Below, piece by piece: positions 11,063-24,382 of a stretch of DNA of 64,000 nt. Numbering within the stretch: position 1 is the stretch's first letter; every line of letters begins with the position of its first letter. This DNA is from Cirrosporium novae-zelandiae (Eukaryota). Where the stretch lies: NCBI GenBank assembly GCA_026023565.1, contig JAPETS010000032.1:62001-126000 (forward strand), given 5' to 3'. The position numbers and the translations under genes are program-made. Below the pieces are notes generated by a model. It was not told the origin of the DNA. It saw nothing but the letters and a program-made list of their open reading frames with translations, and did not search any database.

Positions 11063-13515
11063 TTATACAGCTAGCCCAGCCGCCGGTTGGGCCAACTGAC
11101 AGGCTTCACACAATACGCCCGTAAGTTAGTATTCTTTATTCAATAGCTGCAAACTCAATGTTGCGTACCTTTGCCTCCCGCGCTGCTTCAATCTGTAATT
11201 TGAAATCTCGCCACAGGTCCTTCATTTGCCTGGTACGTTCCATCGTGTCGACCACTTCATTTGCATACCTGAACCGTTTTTTACGATTCCAACCCTCCCT
11301 TTCCATTGTCTTATCGGCGGTGAGATGCCCCTCACCATCGAGCCAATCCAAGACCCATGAGTTGAGATGGTGTTTCCAATGTGTAAGGGTGTGGGTCATT
11401 TCTGCGTTCGCCTTACAATGTCTGAGAAATACGGTCAGCACTCAACTTTGACTTCAGGAAATAGAATATACCGTCCAACCAAGAACTCCTGATTCTCAGG
11501 GGGCAGGGCATTCCCTTCGCTGTCATAGCTCTGCCTGTCCTCTGCAATTTCATCGTCATCTTCATCCTCATCGTCGGTAACCTCCTCTAGTGAATCTCGA
11601 TGATATGCTTTACCGCGGAAATTTATTGCAAGCCCTGCCGGATGGCCCTTTCTCCCACATGCTTGGCAATGCTGGTCAAATTTTTCTGCCTGGTCGGTAT
11701 CCCTGATAATCATATCCGGACGAGCCTTGAGCGCCTTGATGAAATCCGCTTTCCAGGCTGATGAAGAGAATTTCGAACCGGCAAAGCCTCTGGCAACATC
11801 GTCTACTTTGTTAAACGCAAGGCGATAGACTTGGTCATCACGAGCAAACGCCGGGTTCAGCTTGTTCTGAACCATCCATTCCACAACATCTTTGAAGTAT
11901 TCTTCCGTCTTCTTTCGGGACTGGAGGGAAAATTCAAAGGGGAGTTCTGTGGGAACCCCAAGATGGTCCTCTTCATCATCAACGATAAAGTCATCGTCTT
12001 CTTGCTCCTCCCCGTCTGGAAGTAGTTCCCGATCTCCGACCGCTTCGGCTGCATCGGATTGTAGATTAGTATCGTCTGTCTCTCCCGTATGGTCGGAATG
12101 GTCCGGAATTCCGTCATGATCGGAACACTCCCCGAGATGTAAAGCTGGAATCTCGACCTTCTGACCAGCACGGCGCTTCCTAAGCAGTTCGAGCTGTGCT
12201 TTCCTCTTCTCCTTCTGATCCCTGCGGCTACGACTGGTAGTATCAATCCCAGAATCTGTATATTATAATTTAGTACCAGGCTTGGCTATACGTAAATTAC
12301 GAATGCGAATATTTAAAGCCTCACTGCTTACCTGAATCTTGTAAATCTAGAAGGTCCTCTTTGAGGTCTTCCACCTCTTGTCTACGTTTTGAGTTTAGTG
12401 GGGAACTGAGCTGAGCTCGAGGTTTCAAGTTTCGCCCAGAGACAACCTCGAGGCTGTCAGAACTATCGGACTCAGTAAGAGGTTCTGGGATCTTTGGTCG
12501 AATTCGTCTTCTTATTCGCCTCGTAGCAGAAGAGATTGGCATATCTTCGTCACTGCTTGAATGTGAAGATCCTAGTAGAGATTGACTTTGTGGATGTCTA
12601 ATGATCCTTCGCCGTTTGGAAGGGGAGCCAATGTCGTCATCCTCGCCGTTCACAACTATAGCTTCGGGCTGTGTTTGCAGCCGGCTAGATCTTCGCCTCT
12701 TGGAAGGGGGCACAACTTCGTAATTGGACTCATCCAATTCACTGATCAACAATGCGGATACGGGCTGTACGCGAGTGCGAGAACGACTCGTGGTCTTCCC
12801 CTTGGGGGAATTTTTACGGGGTTGACGCCCTTTGCCCTTTTTGTTTTTGTTTTTCTTTTCATTTTTCAATTTTTTCTTCGGCTGGGATCTACTGCTGTCG
12901 GATTTATCATGGCTGCTAATAACAGCTGGCTGACCTCTTCTTTTCCTAGGCTGTGACGATGATATATGATCCAGCTCTTCATTGTCATCAGAACTTTCAA
13001 GTGCCATTGGATATATCTCGCCTTCGAAAGGTCCAAGGGAGGGGATAATTGCAGCTTGATGTTGGTCATCATCACTGTCGCTGTCGTCTAAGTAGGCCTC
13101 ATTACCAAAACCCATTTGCCGACCTGTACCAACCCATATTGTGAATATTGATTACGAATAATGATTGCGACAAATAATTGTCGCAGTCATTTTGCAGGAC
13201 TGGGGAAGAATATTTCATGAACTTACTGCTCCGGCGACCAAGAAACCCAAACTGAGACGACCTCATTGGTGTAGCTAAAGCATTCGCAGAAGTGTCTGTT
13301 AAATCTGCGCTTGGTTTCGTAGATGAACTTCCTAGGTCTTCTCCTTTCGTTTTTCCTTTCTTTATAGGTATGGGAGAGCTATCAACCTTCACCGAAGCTG
13401 TGCGCCCTTGAATTTGAGATTCATCTTTTGCAGCTTGTGGGGAGGATGAAGGGATAGGTGTAAAGGCCAGACGGGTCTGCCGCTTTCTACCTTGGCGTTT
13501 ATTTTTGGAAACCAT
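11063..13515 (-). CDS. DUF4211 domain protein (CCDC82-like), multi-exon
   Basis: MVSKNKRQG start at 13515 and a long Ser/Arg/acidic disordered N-terminus. The C-terminal domain has EWMVQNKLNPAF, SSSAWKADF..AL.ARP, CQACGRKGHPA and HWKHHLNSWV. The 3' end (11063-11071) depends on the acceptor chosen. Confidence 0.75.
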
Positions 13516-14886
13516 TGTAATAATGTTTAACAAAATGAGTTGGATGTGAGTTTTGGTTGAAGATAAGTCTTGAGGCGATGAGAGTTCTGGATATTGTTCG
13601 TCGAGCTAAATGACGTCTGGGAGATGGAGCTAATAATTGTTTAAATAGTATTAGCGAGTTGTTTAATGGTCAACAAAGCCAGAGATAATAGATGAGCAAC
13701 TGAAGTTTATAATATAAATCTCAATGTTGTATGGTGATATCAGACTGAAAGAATCGCGGGACTCTGCAAACGGCGACACGTTTACCCTCAAAATTTGCCT
13801 AGGCAGTCACGGTAGTTCAAAGAGCTCGCGTTGTCATGTGACCCGAATATACTATGCGATGAAATACTGTAATCTATACATGTTTTACAGGATATTACTT
13901 CAAGAACCATGATAAGTGCATTCTTAAGCTGACTGCATACTTGATGCAAGAGACTCAGGCTGACTATTTTCTCCAGCGAATTGTAAGATAGTAATAAAGA
14001 ATTATCACAACAGCCAACATTAATTTACAGGGAGATTTTAGTCTAATATATTTCATATAATATAAATCATCAAGCTCGGTTACTAAAACGCCTATCTCGA
14101 ATCTCATCGGTTTCAGGCGTCCCAAAGGGAGGCAATCGATCGATGGTCATGAATTTCAATTGTTCTGTCAAGAAATCCCAATTTTTGAGGTTAATGTAAC
14201 GTTGCGAGTGAAATAATTCCTCTCTAGCATTAACTTTATTTTCTACTTTCTTCTCGTGGTAAAAATGTATTTACTATGCCAGATGCCGCCTAGATGTTTC
14301 TTGAAATCGTTAAATTCCGCGTGGAACTCCCCACCGTACTAATGATTCTTTAGCCTGCACATACAGCACACACTGTATCCGCTTAGTTACTGAGACTGTT
14401 AGAGTAGGGAGAGATATGGAGTCTAGTTGGGGAAAGTAGATCCTTAGCTCCCCGATCATCTTTTGATAATTCAGCATCCATCACAACTATATGAAACATA
14501 TCAATGTAAAAGATTAGAGTATTTTCCCAAGTTGGAAGTACTGCTCAATTCAATAATCACGTCACGAAGACCCCACTAGGCGTCCTCATAGTGCTAGAAT
14601 TTGCATTGCTAGAAAAGCAGGTCCTTTGCACCAATCTCTATCCCTGAAAATTACTCCAACGCCAGAGTATCCCCCGTGCCTCCCCACACGTAGGGTGCCC
14701 GGAAACCAACGCAGACCTGATAACGTTATCTTGATCTTCCGAAACTTACAAGCAAGATTTTCCAAAACTATCCATGAACATCGGCCATAAGGTAGGGTTC
14801 CGAAACCAAGTGCTCTTCTCAACAAGAGCTTTTGAGATATTAAAAATTTGTCAAAACGAATAAAACAATCATTATGTGATGGATAG

Positions 14887-17311
14887 TCAACTCGACTCAT
14901 GGGTATGGTACGGATAATCAGGCTTCCCTTCAGATTTTGGTGATTGATTGCCTTCTCCTTGACTCATACTCCTTTCCATAGCTCTTTCTCTCTGCCTCTC
15001 CTGTTCCATCGCCTGAACATACATATCATTGACATTGCCTTGATTTTGAACTTGATACTGCATCATCTGCTGTTGTTCCAGTGTCCCAACCGGGCTTCTG
15101 ATTATTGGCAGCTCCTGCGGTGCTCGACTCCCGGTAGACAAAGGGGCAGGGTACAGAGGCTGGGGCGCTGCATACATTGTTTGAGGAGAATGCCCATGGT
15201 ATGACGTAGAAACAGGGCTAGAGGTATCTGAAGGATGCGCGGAAGGTTGGCCATGGTAAAAAGACTGGGGTGTCGCTGACATAGATTGCGGATGGAGCGG
15301 CATCGGTGGAACATTTTGATAGAGGGGAGATGTCCCATGAACGGATCCCTGGGGACTTTGATACCCTGGCGGATAATCCCTAAGAGGAGACCTGTGAGAG
15401 CCGTGGTAAGACCCCGGCGATAGTGGTGATGACCCCGGAAGTTCAGAAAGTGGTTGCTTTGGGGCATTTTTTTGGTCCTGTCCTCCTCCTCCACCTCCTC
15501 CACCTTCTCTTCTTCTTCTCTTGCGACGGTGACAAAAACAGAAAGCTAGTCCTCCGAGTATAATAAACAATCCGGCGACCCCACCAACAGTGCCACCTAC
15601 TATGGCACCAACGTTTGTTTCATGGGAAGTGCCATTACTATTTGAGGTAGGAGTAGATGGCGGAATATAGCGAGTTGGTGTTCTTACTGCTTGAGTGTAG
15701 TAACGAGTGAAGTAGACGGGTAGATCACGATCTCCCCACCCTTGAGTAGGAGCCCGCAGAGTTGCTGCGCCAGTCGGTCTATATATTCATTAGCCAGAGT
15801 GGCAAAGGAGGAAGAAAATTCCTCACCCTCCACCAACGACAGAGATTATCTCGGGAGGAACTTCGTATGTGGTAAGGTTTGGCATGTACGAATACCATTG
15901 TGCCTTCTGTGCGTTCGTTTTCCCAAGGTTAAGATTATGAGTACCATATAACTGTGGTACATCACATTGGCTCGAGTTAGGAAATGTGCCTCCAATGATA
16001 AGCATTTGTGAGTTGTCGATGACGTTACATGATAACGAGTGATGGGGATAAGCCGTTCCGGGTATAGTTGGGTACCACTATCAATGTTACGAGGGAAGTC
16101 TAACATCAAACACTAAAGGGATAATTGCCATACCTTAATCCAGGTAAAAGATGGAATCGTCAATATGTAAACGTCGTCGAAGCCGGTGATATCAGGAGGC
16201 ATTCCTTCGCCACCATAGAGATAGCTTCGAAACGGTAAGTCAAACTATTCTATCTTATATGCGGGGATAACATACATGTTAAAAGAAGATCTATCTTGTG
16301 CCCATGTAGCTCCGGCACAGAATCTCCGCCTTTGGTCAGGTACGTTACCTGTGGCGGTTTGTGTATACCATTTGGATGAGGATATATCGTATAAATGGAT
16401 TGACTATGAAATATATTAGCCGCATGTCGCATAAAAATTTACCAAAGATAACGGACACTCATGTTTTCCTACAAGTTGTTAGCAATGTTGTCTCAAGTCC
16501 ATCCAACTCCATCTACTCACCCCAACAATAGTATTATTTTCCGGTGCATACGGTGTAGAGATACCGCCAAAGTGCACAAGCATTCCTCCATCAGAAATAG
16601 GCAAATACACCATCACACCTTCAGCTCTGGGGGTCGTATCTGGTCCAGAGTTGTTTGTCCAGGTATTCTCTATCATGTCATATATGAGAAGATTGGATGT
16701 TGCCATTGCATCGCCACTCCACCCGGGTATTGAAGTATTGCTAAGCCAACCACCATAATAATAACCTTTTGCGATATCATCCACAGCTACTCCAGCACCC
16801 CAAGAGGCTCGTTCAAGTCCAGTCGTGTCCGAGGTGGATAGATTCCATTGATCATAAATAACATCGTAACTCCAAAAGGTAAATTCCTCGGGCGCACTTT
16901 GATAAAAGTCGCCGCCATAAAGATAGAATAGCTTGTTAACTGTATCCGCCCATAAGATCCCCCCTTCGACGGAAGGAATACTGGTGTTCTTAGTTAGATT
17001 GTCATAGAGCTGGGGCATGATATCGTTCATGACATCGAGGTCATTGTAAAGAAGTCCATCATCTATTTGTTTGTTAGTCGCGTATTAGAATTAAATCTCA
17101 ACAGGTCTTGTGTACTGGTATAGTTTAAGGGATTGGCATCGATAGGATTCCAATTAAGAAGCCCCCCATCGATATATAATTTTCGATCGATGACGGTTGT
17201 TTGATGGCCAAAACGACGGCAGAAATCCCTTAGGGGATCTTTCTGTTGAGAAGAGGTCTTGATCAGAATGAGTAGCAACGAAAGACAGAACCATAGCCTT
17301 GGGAAGGCCAT
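14887..17311 (-). CDS. Kelch-repeat, signal-peptide, single-pass membrane (cell-wall-anchored type) protein, multi-exon
   Basis: Signal peptide MAFPRLWFCLSLLLIL is followed by FCRRFGHQTTVIDRKLYIDGG, LFYLYGG, GYYYGGW, MLVHFGG and RRRFCAGATW. A TM segment (VGAIVGGTVGGVAGLFIILGGLAFCFC) is followed by RRKRRR and a Pro/Ser/Gln tail. Confidence 0.85.
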
Positions 17312-18480
17312 GATTATTTGATGGGTTCAAGGTAGAACATGGATGGAAGGAAATAATGAAGGTTGCGAAGACTATTGGGACAATAGAGAATTCTTGACTC
17401 TTGACAGTGACAGAAGAAGTCGAGAAAAGAGGATGCCAGGTGCAAGGCACCGGCAGTGGGGATGTCACGGCGTACCTCTACACCTTTACTCCCCAGGGAT
17501 ATGGGAGAGGGAACACTTTACTAGGGCTGAACACGCGCAGGATGAGCTGAAGGTGAGAAAGTTTGATGACTGGATGTCAATCGTTCATTAGCTCAAGAAG
17601 CGAGAATCATAGCTGGCCAGAGCTGACAGAGTTGAAAGGAAAAGCCACCTATAAGCCAAGCTTCCTCCATTTTGTTTTCTGGTGATTAGATGTTCTGGCA
17701 AGGGAAGACTTTCCTGTACAACTTGTACAACTTCAAGAGGAAGAAGATTGCGATTGACCCCTTAGGTTCGGGTGCCCCGTGTCACAGAACAAGCTCCGGA
17801 GTCTCAAATATATCGGCCATCCCGCTGAATTATTGCTGGATTATTTGCTGGACCATTGCTGAATCATTACTGGATTATCGCTTCAACTACCTATTGGGTT
17901 TTGTGGCTTTCGTAGGATCTGTTCCAGGATCCCGGTCAATATGGAATATTGCATATTTCGGTTATTTAGAAGAGACGAATGAGAGAACAGTTCTATCGAG
18001 GACATCCATGTTTCTATCGAGATGGAAAGCACGAAATGGAAATTTCCGATCATCAAGCTTAGAGTCAAAGGCTTTGTAGCTTTGTAGGAAAATGCTTGGA
18101 GGCATGTATAAATTCGCCGAATTGTGGATGATGGTTCAAAGGCAGAATAGGGTGCAAGAAACTCACACGAGATCAATACCTTGGTAACATTAAACGCCAC
18201 CAACGGGTAGATGCTTAACATGAAATCCGCTGTGTCATCATTACATCAGGTTATTTATTCTCTTTATTTTTTTTTTTTATTTTTTTTTTTTGCTTTTTTG
18301 TTCAACGATACTTTATTAGATATCCGATATTTGAAATTATTGAATTCCTGGAGAAGCAGGTTTGGTGGAGGGAATCCAGCAACGCTATGGTGAGACATGG
18401 CACTATTACGAAGCTAAATATTTTATCAGAACATGATGAGTTGTTGTTAGAAAGAGGGGCTGTGTACACTGTATTATTAT

Positions 18481-18528
18481 TGTATCATTGTATCATTGTA
18501 TCATTGTATCATTGTATCATTGTATCAT
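18481..18528. repeat. Tandem repeat (TGTATCAT)6
   Basis: Six perfect 8-bp copies read directly. Confidence 0.9.
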
Positions 18529-19033
18529 CGCATCATGGAATCATTGTATCGAATACTTCAATGATGTTAAAATTGAGATGTGAACTTTCTATTTTCACCT
18601 TAGATCCGTTGGTTTCGTTACTCGTCCCTTCGGATCCGATAACCCCGAGCTTTCATACCATCCGGGGCCCCGGATATAGAAGCTTGGCGTTCAGGTGGGA
18701 TGATGAATTGTTATGAGCTACGGAGCTTTTACAACCTCTCTATCAAAGCCCTAGAGGCCGAGGGGACCTTGAGCTGCTCACGAGAATTGCTCGTGAAAGC
18801 AAGGAGTGATTTCCAGAAAAAGGAATTCATCAGAAATCATACCACCAAGTCTATAGCATGTGAATGACATGTGTAAATTCCTCGTAAATGTACTCATCAT
18901 CCGATATCAATCATTTACACACATCCTCACGTATATATATATCTGCTGCTTGGTCTGCTGTAAGGTACAAGTCTCTTTATCCGCATTCCATTTTCAGATT
19001 CAATTGGAGTATGTGAACATTTGAGTTGCAAAC

Positions 19034-20748
19034 ATGCCGCACTTTACAAGCCACGAGCGGAATAGTAGTAGCAGCAGCACGGAACATGCCTATCTCTCCC
19101 GCTCGCGCCGTGATCCCGATCAGACCAATGTCTATCTTGTCGGTGGCGGGATAGCCTCTTTGGCCGCTGCAACCCATTTCATCCACGATGCCAAGGTCCC
19201 TGCATCTCAAATCCATATTCTTGAGTCTCTAGCAGTTCCTGGAGGCTCTATGGATGGAGCAGGTGATACTTCTCAAGGGTACATCCTTCGAGGCGGTCGA
19301 ATGCTGAATTACAGTTATGGCTGCCTCTATGATCTCCTTGACCTGATCCCGTCTTTGACAGAGCCGAACAAAACTGTCCTAAAAGAAATACAAGATTACA
19401 ACAAGGAACATCAAACCAATGCACAAGCCAGGGTTGTTGCCTCAGGCTCCAACGGGCCAGAAAGAGTGAACGTAACTAGAATGGGCTTTAGCAACAGAGA
19501 CAGGGTAGATATGTTGAAGATGCTTTATGCAAGCGAAAAGAGCCTAGGCGTCAAGAAAATTGAAGATTGCTTTAGAAAGGAGTTCTTTCAAACAAACTTC
19601 TGGTACATGTGGGCTACAACGTAAGCCTTGAAGTCGCTCCCTTGCTATGAGAATGTTAGTTGATCTAACAAGCGTCTAGATTCGCTTTCAATCCATGGCA
19701 TGGTGCAGTTGAATTCCGTAGATACTTGCACCGATTCCTTCACGAGTTCCCCAGAATAAATACTCTAGCTGGCATAGATCGGACCCCATACAACCAATTT
19801 GACAGCATCATCCTACCAATGACAAGATTTCTTGAAGACAAGGGGACTGATTTTCAATACAACACTAGAGTCACCGGCATAACTTTCTCTGAAACAAAGC
19901 CGACTAGGCCGATAGAAATCCAGATGATCCAGTCTGGTGTCCCAAAGAAAGTCATTGTAAAAGAAACCGACCTTGTATTTGTGACTCCTGGATCCATGAC
20001 ATCCGAATCTTCCATAGGCACAAACGATACGGCTCCTTGTTTCGATCCAGATACCTCGGATGGTACTTGGGCACTCTGGAAAAATATGGCTGAAGGCAGA
20101 CCAGAATTTGGCAACCCATCAAATTTCTGTGAGAGAACGCAAGAGTCCAACTGGGAGTCCTTTACTGTCACATCGTTCGATCCAGAGTTCCTCAATCGAT
20201 ATATCGAGTTTAGTCACAATGAGCCTGGAACTGGTGCACTTGTTACCTTCAAAGATAGCAACTGGTTCATGAGCATAGTGGTGCCGCGCCAACCACATTT
20301 CATTAATCAGCCGGAAAATGTCAACGTTTTCTGGGGATATGGACTCTTTACTGATCGCGAAGGCAACTATGTCAAGAAACCAATGTCAGAATGCACCGGC
20401 AAGGAGATCATGACTGAGCTCCTGGGACATCTGAACTTCCCATTGCATCCAATCTTGGATAATTCGATCACCAGGCCATGTATGATGCCTTATATTACAT
20501 CACAGTTTCTGACCCGCAGGATCGAGGATCGTCCGAAAGTCATGCCAAAGGGGACAACGAACCTGGCGCTTCTAGGGCAATTTGTTGAAATTCCGGAAGA
20601 CACGGTCTTCACTGTGGAGTATAGTGTCCGGGCAGCGCAGATGGCAGTGTTTGAATTAATGGGATTGAAAAAGAAGCCAAAGCCTTTGTACAAGGGTGAG
20701 CATCATGTAGGAATTTTGATCCAAGCAACGGAGAAGTTGTTATCCTAG
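19034..20748 (+). CDS. Oleate hydratase (myosin-cross-reactive antigen family FAD enzyme), 551 aa, one intron 19621-19679
   Basis: Rossmann motif VYLVGGGIASLAAA, then GGSMDG, GYILRGGRML, TNFWYMWATTFAFNPWH, RTPYNQFDS, MMPYITSQF and NLALLGQFVE..DTVFTVEYSVRAA. The GTAAGC...CTAAC...TAG intron restores the frame. Confidence 0.93.
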
Positions 20749-21096
20749 GGAACTGTTTCATAACGGAGTTGAGGAGGCATAAAGGCGATGACCGAAATAC
20801 CCCCATGAAGATGTGATCTTTTCAGTTATTGTGTAGTTAGCGGAAAAATCTCCTCTTAAAGGACATTGTCAATAGTTCAAAACTGCTTTTTAGTATCTTT
20901 CCAAGACCAAAGTGACCTAATCGCTACAGTAGTTAAATTCAAATTGACTTGGCATGTGATAAAATTCATAACATTCATGGAGGCAGGGAGTCGATATGCT
21001 AAAATATGGAGTGTTGATAAGATAAGGTCGAGCTTCAATTTACAGAACATAATTTCCGAAAAACTTCCAAGGCCAACTGACAAGAATCGAACGGCC

Positions 21097-22058
21097 ATGC
21101 CACACAAGCACCGGCGCAACAAGCGCACAAAAGATAAATATTCGTGAGCGCTGTATCTATCTTCAACAAAAGTATTATTTCTAATCCTAAATCTAGTTTT
21201 GAACTTGACCCTACAGTCCGAGCGGAAGCGTTACCTACATTCAAATCCAAGGATACCAAAAACCAAAATTCAAAGGACAAACCTCTCAAGCGAAAACGAA
21301 AGAACCGTGGGGATGAAGATGATATGCCCAAGGAATTCAAGCGATTAATGCAATGGCAGAGCGGAGCTCAAAAACGCCCTTCTGGTCTCGATGATGGCAA
21401 CGAACCTAAGAATAAGAAGAGAAAGCAAGGCGAAAATACTTCGGATCAGGCTAAATCTGTGGATCCTACCTTTGAGACCCCCAAAATCCTCCCGAATGAG
21501 CGGCTTAGGGACTTTGCTGCTCGAGTGGATGCGGCTCTACCTATCAAAGGTCTCGTCGGTGGAAAGAAGGTACCTGGTCTCAAAGAGCCACAGACGAGAA
21601 AGGAGAAAAAAATGCATAAGATGTATGATGAGTGGCGTGAAGTCGATCGTAAGATAAAAGCGCAAAAGGAAGAAGAATTGGAGGAATTGGAGGAGCTGGA
21701 GGAGGAGCAAATGGAAAAGGCAGGGCTCACCTGGGAGGATATAGAAGCTTCAAAAAATAAAAAGAGAATAGGGAAAGGAAATTCTAAGGATGAAGATCCC
21801 TGGGCTGTATTGAAAGAGAGGAGAAAAAACAAAGAACCAAAGAGTATCAATGATGTGGCACAGGCGCCACCACAGTTTACAAAATTACCTAGAGAAGTTT
21901 TCAAGGTCCGGAACGGTGCAAAGGTGCAGGTAGGACAGGTTCCTAAAAATGTTGGAAGCTTGAAGCGCAGAGAGGATCTGGAGGCTGAGAGGAAGGATGT
22001 CATTACAGCATATAGAAAGATGATGGAAGAAAAACGGAATAAGACAGCATCCCTATAG
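21097..22058 (+). CDS. Conserved Lys-rich coiled-coil protein, CCDC137-like
   Basis: MPHKHRR start and an intron at about 21144-21196. Motifs DDMPKEFKRLM, PKILPNERLRDFAARVD.ALP, QAPPQF and LEAERKDVITAYRKMM. Confidence 0.7.
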
Positions 22059-22480
22059 TTATGGGTTACGACTGGTTCAAGTATTTGAAATTCCTCTTGT
22101 ATTGGACATATAGCCTTGGGGGTGTCTTTTACAAATAATTATATAACCCTGAAACTAGACTCCATGATAGTGGACTGAACGATGCATCTCTTCAAAGGTA
22201 ATTGAAGAGAAACATTCTGTGCTAGAACCATAAGCTAAAGTACAGGTGTGCTAGGCATGCAAAACGGCATTAGCCCGCACCGTGATGAGACCATCCATTT
22301 TCCCCACACCCCACAGCACCACGCTAAGTGTATTTTAGCAGACAACAAAGATCAAGAAGAGAACCGTATCATTAACACCAGACCAGAGCACAGACTGCGG
22401 ATTAGATGCAATAATCTATTGATTTGTCTCATTCAAACGTCAAGTCATTCCGCATGCTACCGTCATCACGGATGAGAACT

Positions 22481-23632
22481 TCAACCAACCGATTGATATA
22501 ATAACAGTGGTTCCCCGACCTCGGATATTTCGGGGATTGTGCACTTAAGATCAAAGGCTTTGGAAAGCACGATTTTAAAAATCTAGACTGTTAGAATTTG
22601 ATTATTTTAAAAAGGGGTCATCTCACCTTCTGAACATTGATGCTATGACTTGTGCTGCTGAATATTAAGCTTGCTTTCATAGCCTTAGCAAATCGCCGTG
22701 CCTAGAATTTATTAATATGAATTCAGGTATAGATTGTTGGTTAATTATACCTGAGTCGATATCTCTTCTTGATCTTCTCTAGGAAAGTTGACAAAGTGAT
22801 CATACTTTGTACCAATCAAGAACGGAATAGCGGTTTTATTAAAACCCCTTCCTTGGCGATACCACTCCTTAATTGAGTTGAGTGTACTTTTGCGAGTGAG
22901 ATCGAACATGAATAGGATTGCAACCGCGTCATTGCAGACAAGGGGAAGCATATTGACAAATTCACGTTGTCCACCGAGATCCCAGATAGAGAACGTAATC
23001 TCAGTATTTCGAATTGAAATGGTTTTTTCCATAAAATTGACCCCTTAAAAAACTATTAGCATAAACAAGACAAGACAGGGCACTGTCTGCAAGTACAACA
23101 TACCTAATGTCTGAATGTAATCTTCATCCCAGCTTCCTTCAACATATTTTACCATCAAACTTGTCTTTCCAATTTGTGCATCCCCAACCATGCCAACTTT
23201 AATTACCACACTGTTTCTGCTTCTAGACGGTTCTGCAGGTGGTCTCTGGTTCTGATCATGATACGTTGATGAGTGCTGATATCCTCCGGCACCAGACAAC
23301 CCTGATCCGGGCCTTGACGCTTGTTGTTGCTGTTGTTGTTGCGGCTGCTGCTGTTGCTGCTGCTGTTGCGGTGGTGGTGGTTGATATGTCGTAGGAGACG
23401 AATATCGTGAATTCTGATCGGTATCACCACCCGGAGAAAGAGTATGTTGAGGGGAAGAAAAATCGTTTGATGGAGTTGATTGATGTCGAGAAGTTCCGTT
23501 ACTATATCCATTGCTATAGGTAGGCGTGCTTAAGGTACTATCTTCAGGCATCGATAGAGGTTGCTCCATTGGTTCTGTTTCCCGTGGGGTATATTGACCT
23601 TCCGGTAGTGGTGAAGACATAGGTTCCTCCAT
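22481..23632 (-). CDS. spg1: Septum-promoting GTP-binding protein Spg1/Tem1
   Basis: [49 protein letters not shown] and GTKYD, ending in [11 protein letters not shown]. Three introns and a polyQ N-terminal extension. Confidence 0.95.
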
Positions 23633-24382
23633 CTTGAGTGCGCTGGGTTTGTTCAGATGAATGAGCGAGAAGTAAGGTTAAGATAGATTAAAGAATGATT
23701 AAGTTTGAGAGGGGATAAAATAGAAGTATTGGAAATGAAGATATGTTTTTGAAGGGAGCGTAATGTTCAGGGTGGTCTCGTCGCGGGGGGTAATAGATAA
23801 TGGAGGGAAATCCAAGCAGAGGGATCGGAGCCGTGGATTGGCTGTGTCTGGTTGGTGTTTTTCAAAGGGCGCTACCGCTGCAGCCTTACTGGCGACTTCA
23901 GTTGGTCCGTAATAGAAGAACGAGTTGATGTTGCCACCAAGGTATGGTCGACAAAAGTCATCAAGGTGGTTGATGAAGAACGAAAATACTGAATAACCGC
24001 TGTAATAGAAAGAATGGGTTGGAGAATGGTTGGGCTGATGATGAGCAAAGGAAATCACATCAACATCAGGATCCAACTTACAGGGGGAAACTCGGAGTTG
24101 ACATTTAGAAGCGTGCGAGGGGGGACGCCCCAGTTCATATTTGGTTTAGTGTCCGCCCCACTAACTTCAACTTTAATCCATTCATTTTGCAATTTTGGGT
24201 CTTTGGGCGAGTTGGCCGAATTTTTTGCCTTTCTTTCGCTTTTCATAGGGCTTCAGCCTCGGATAGTGATTTTTATCTATCAGCTAATTATCATCAAAGT
24301 CTGCACCAAATCATCCATCCTTTGTCCACACTTATTTTCATCACTTACTTCTTTCTTTCTTTCTTTTTTTGTTCATACAGTA

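Noticed and set aside
21446..22003. 185-aa antisense ORF, and similar antisense ORFs over NHA1, IRS4 and RRP5
   Set aside because: These are codon-bias shadows of real genes on the opposite strand.
23699..24382. ORFs in the spg1/RRB1 spacer, including the upstream extension of 24014-24637
   Set aside because: This is divergent promoter and UTR. RRB1 plausibly starts at 24383.
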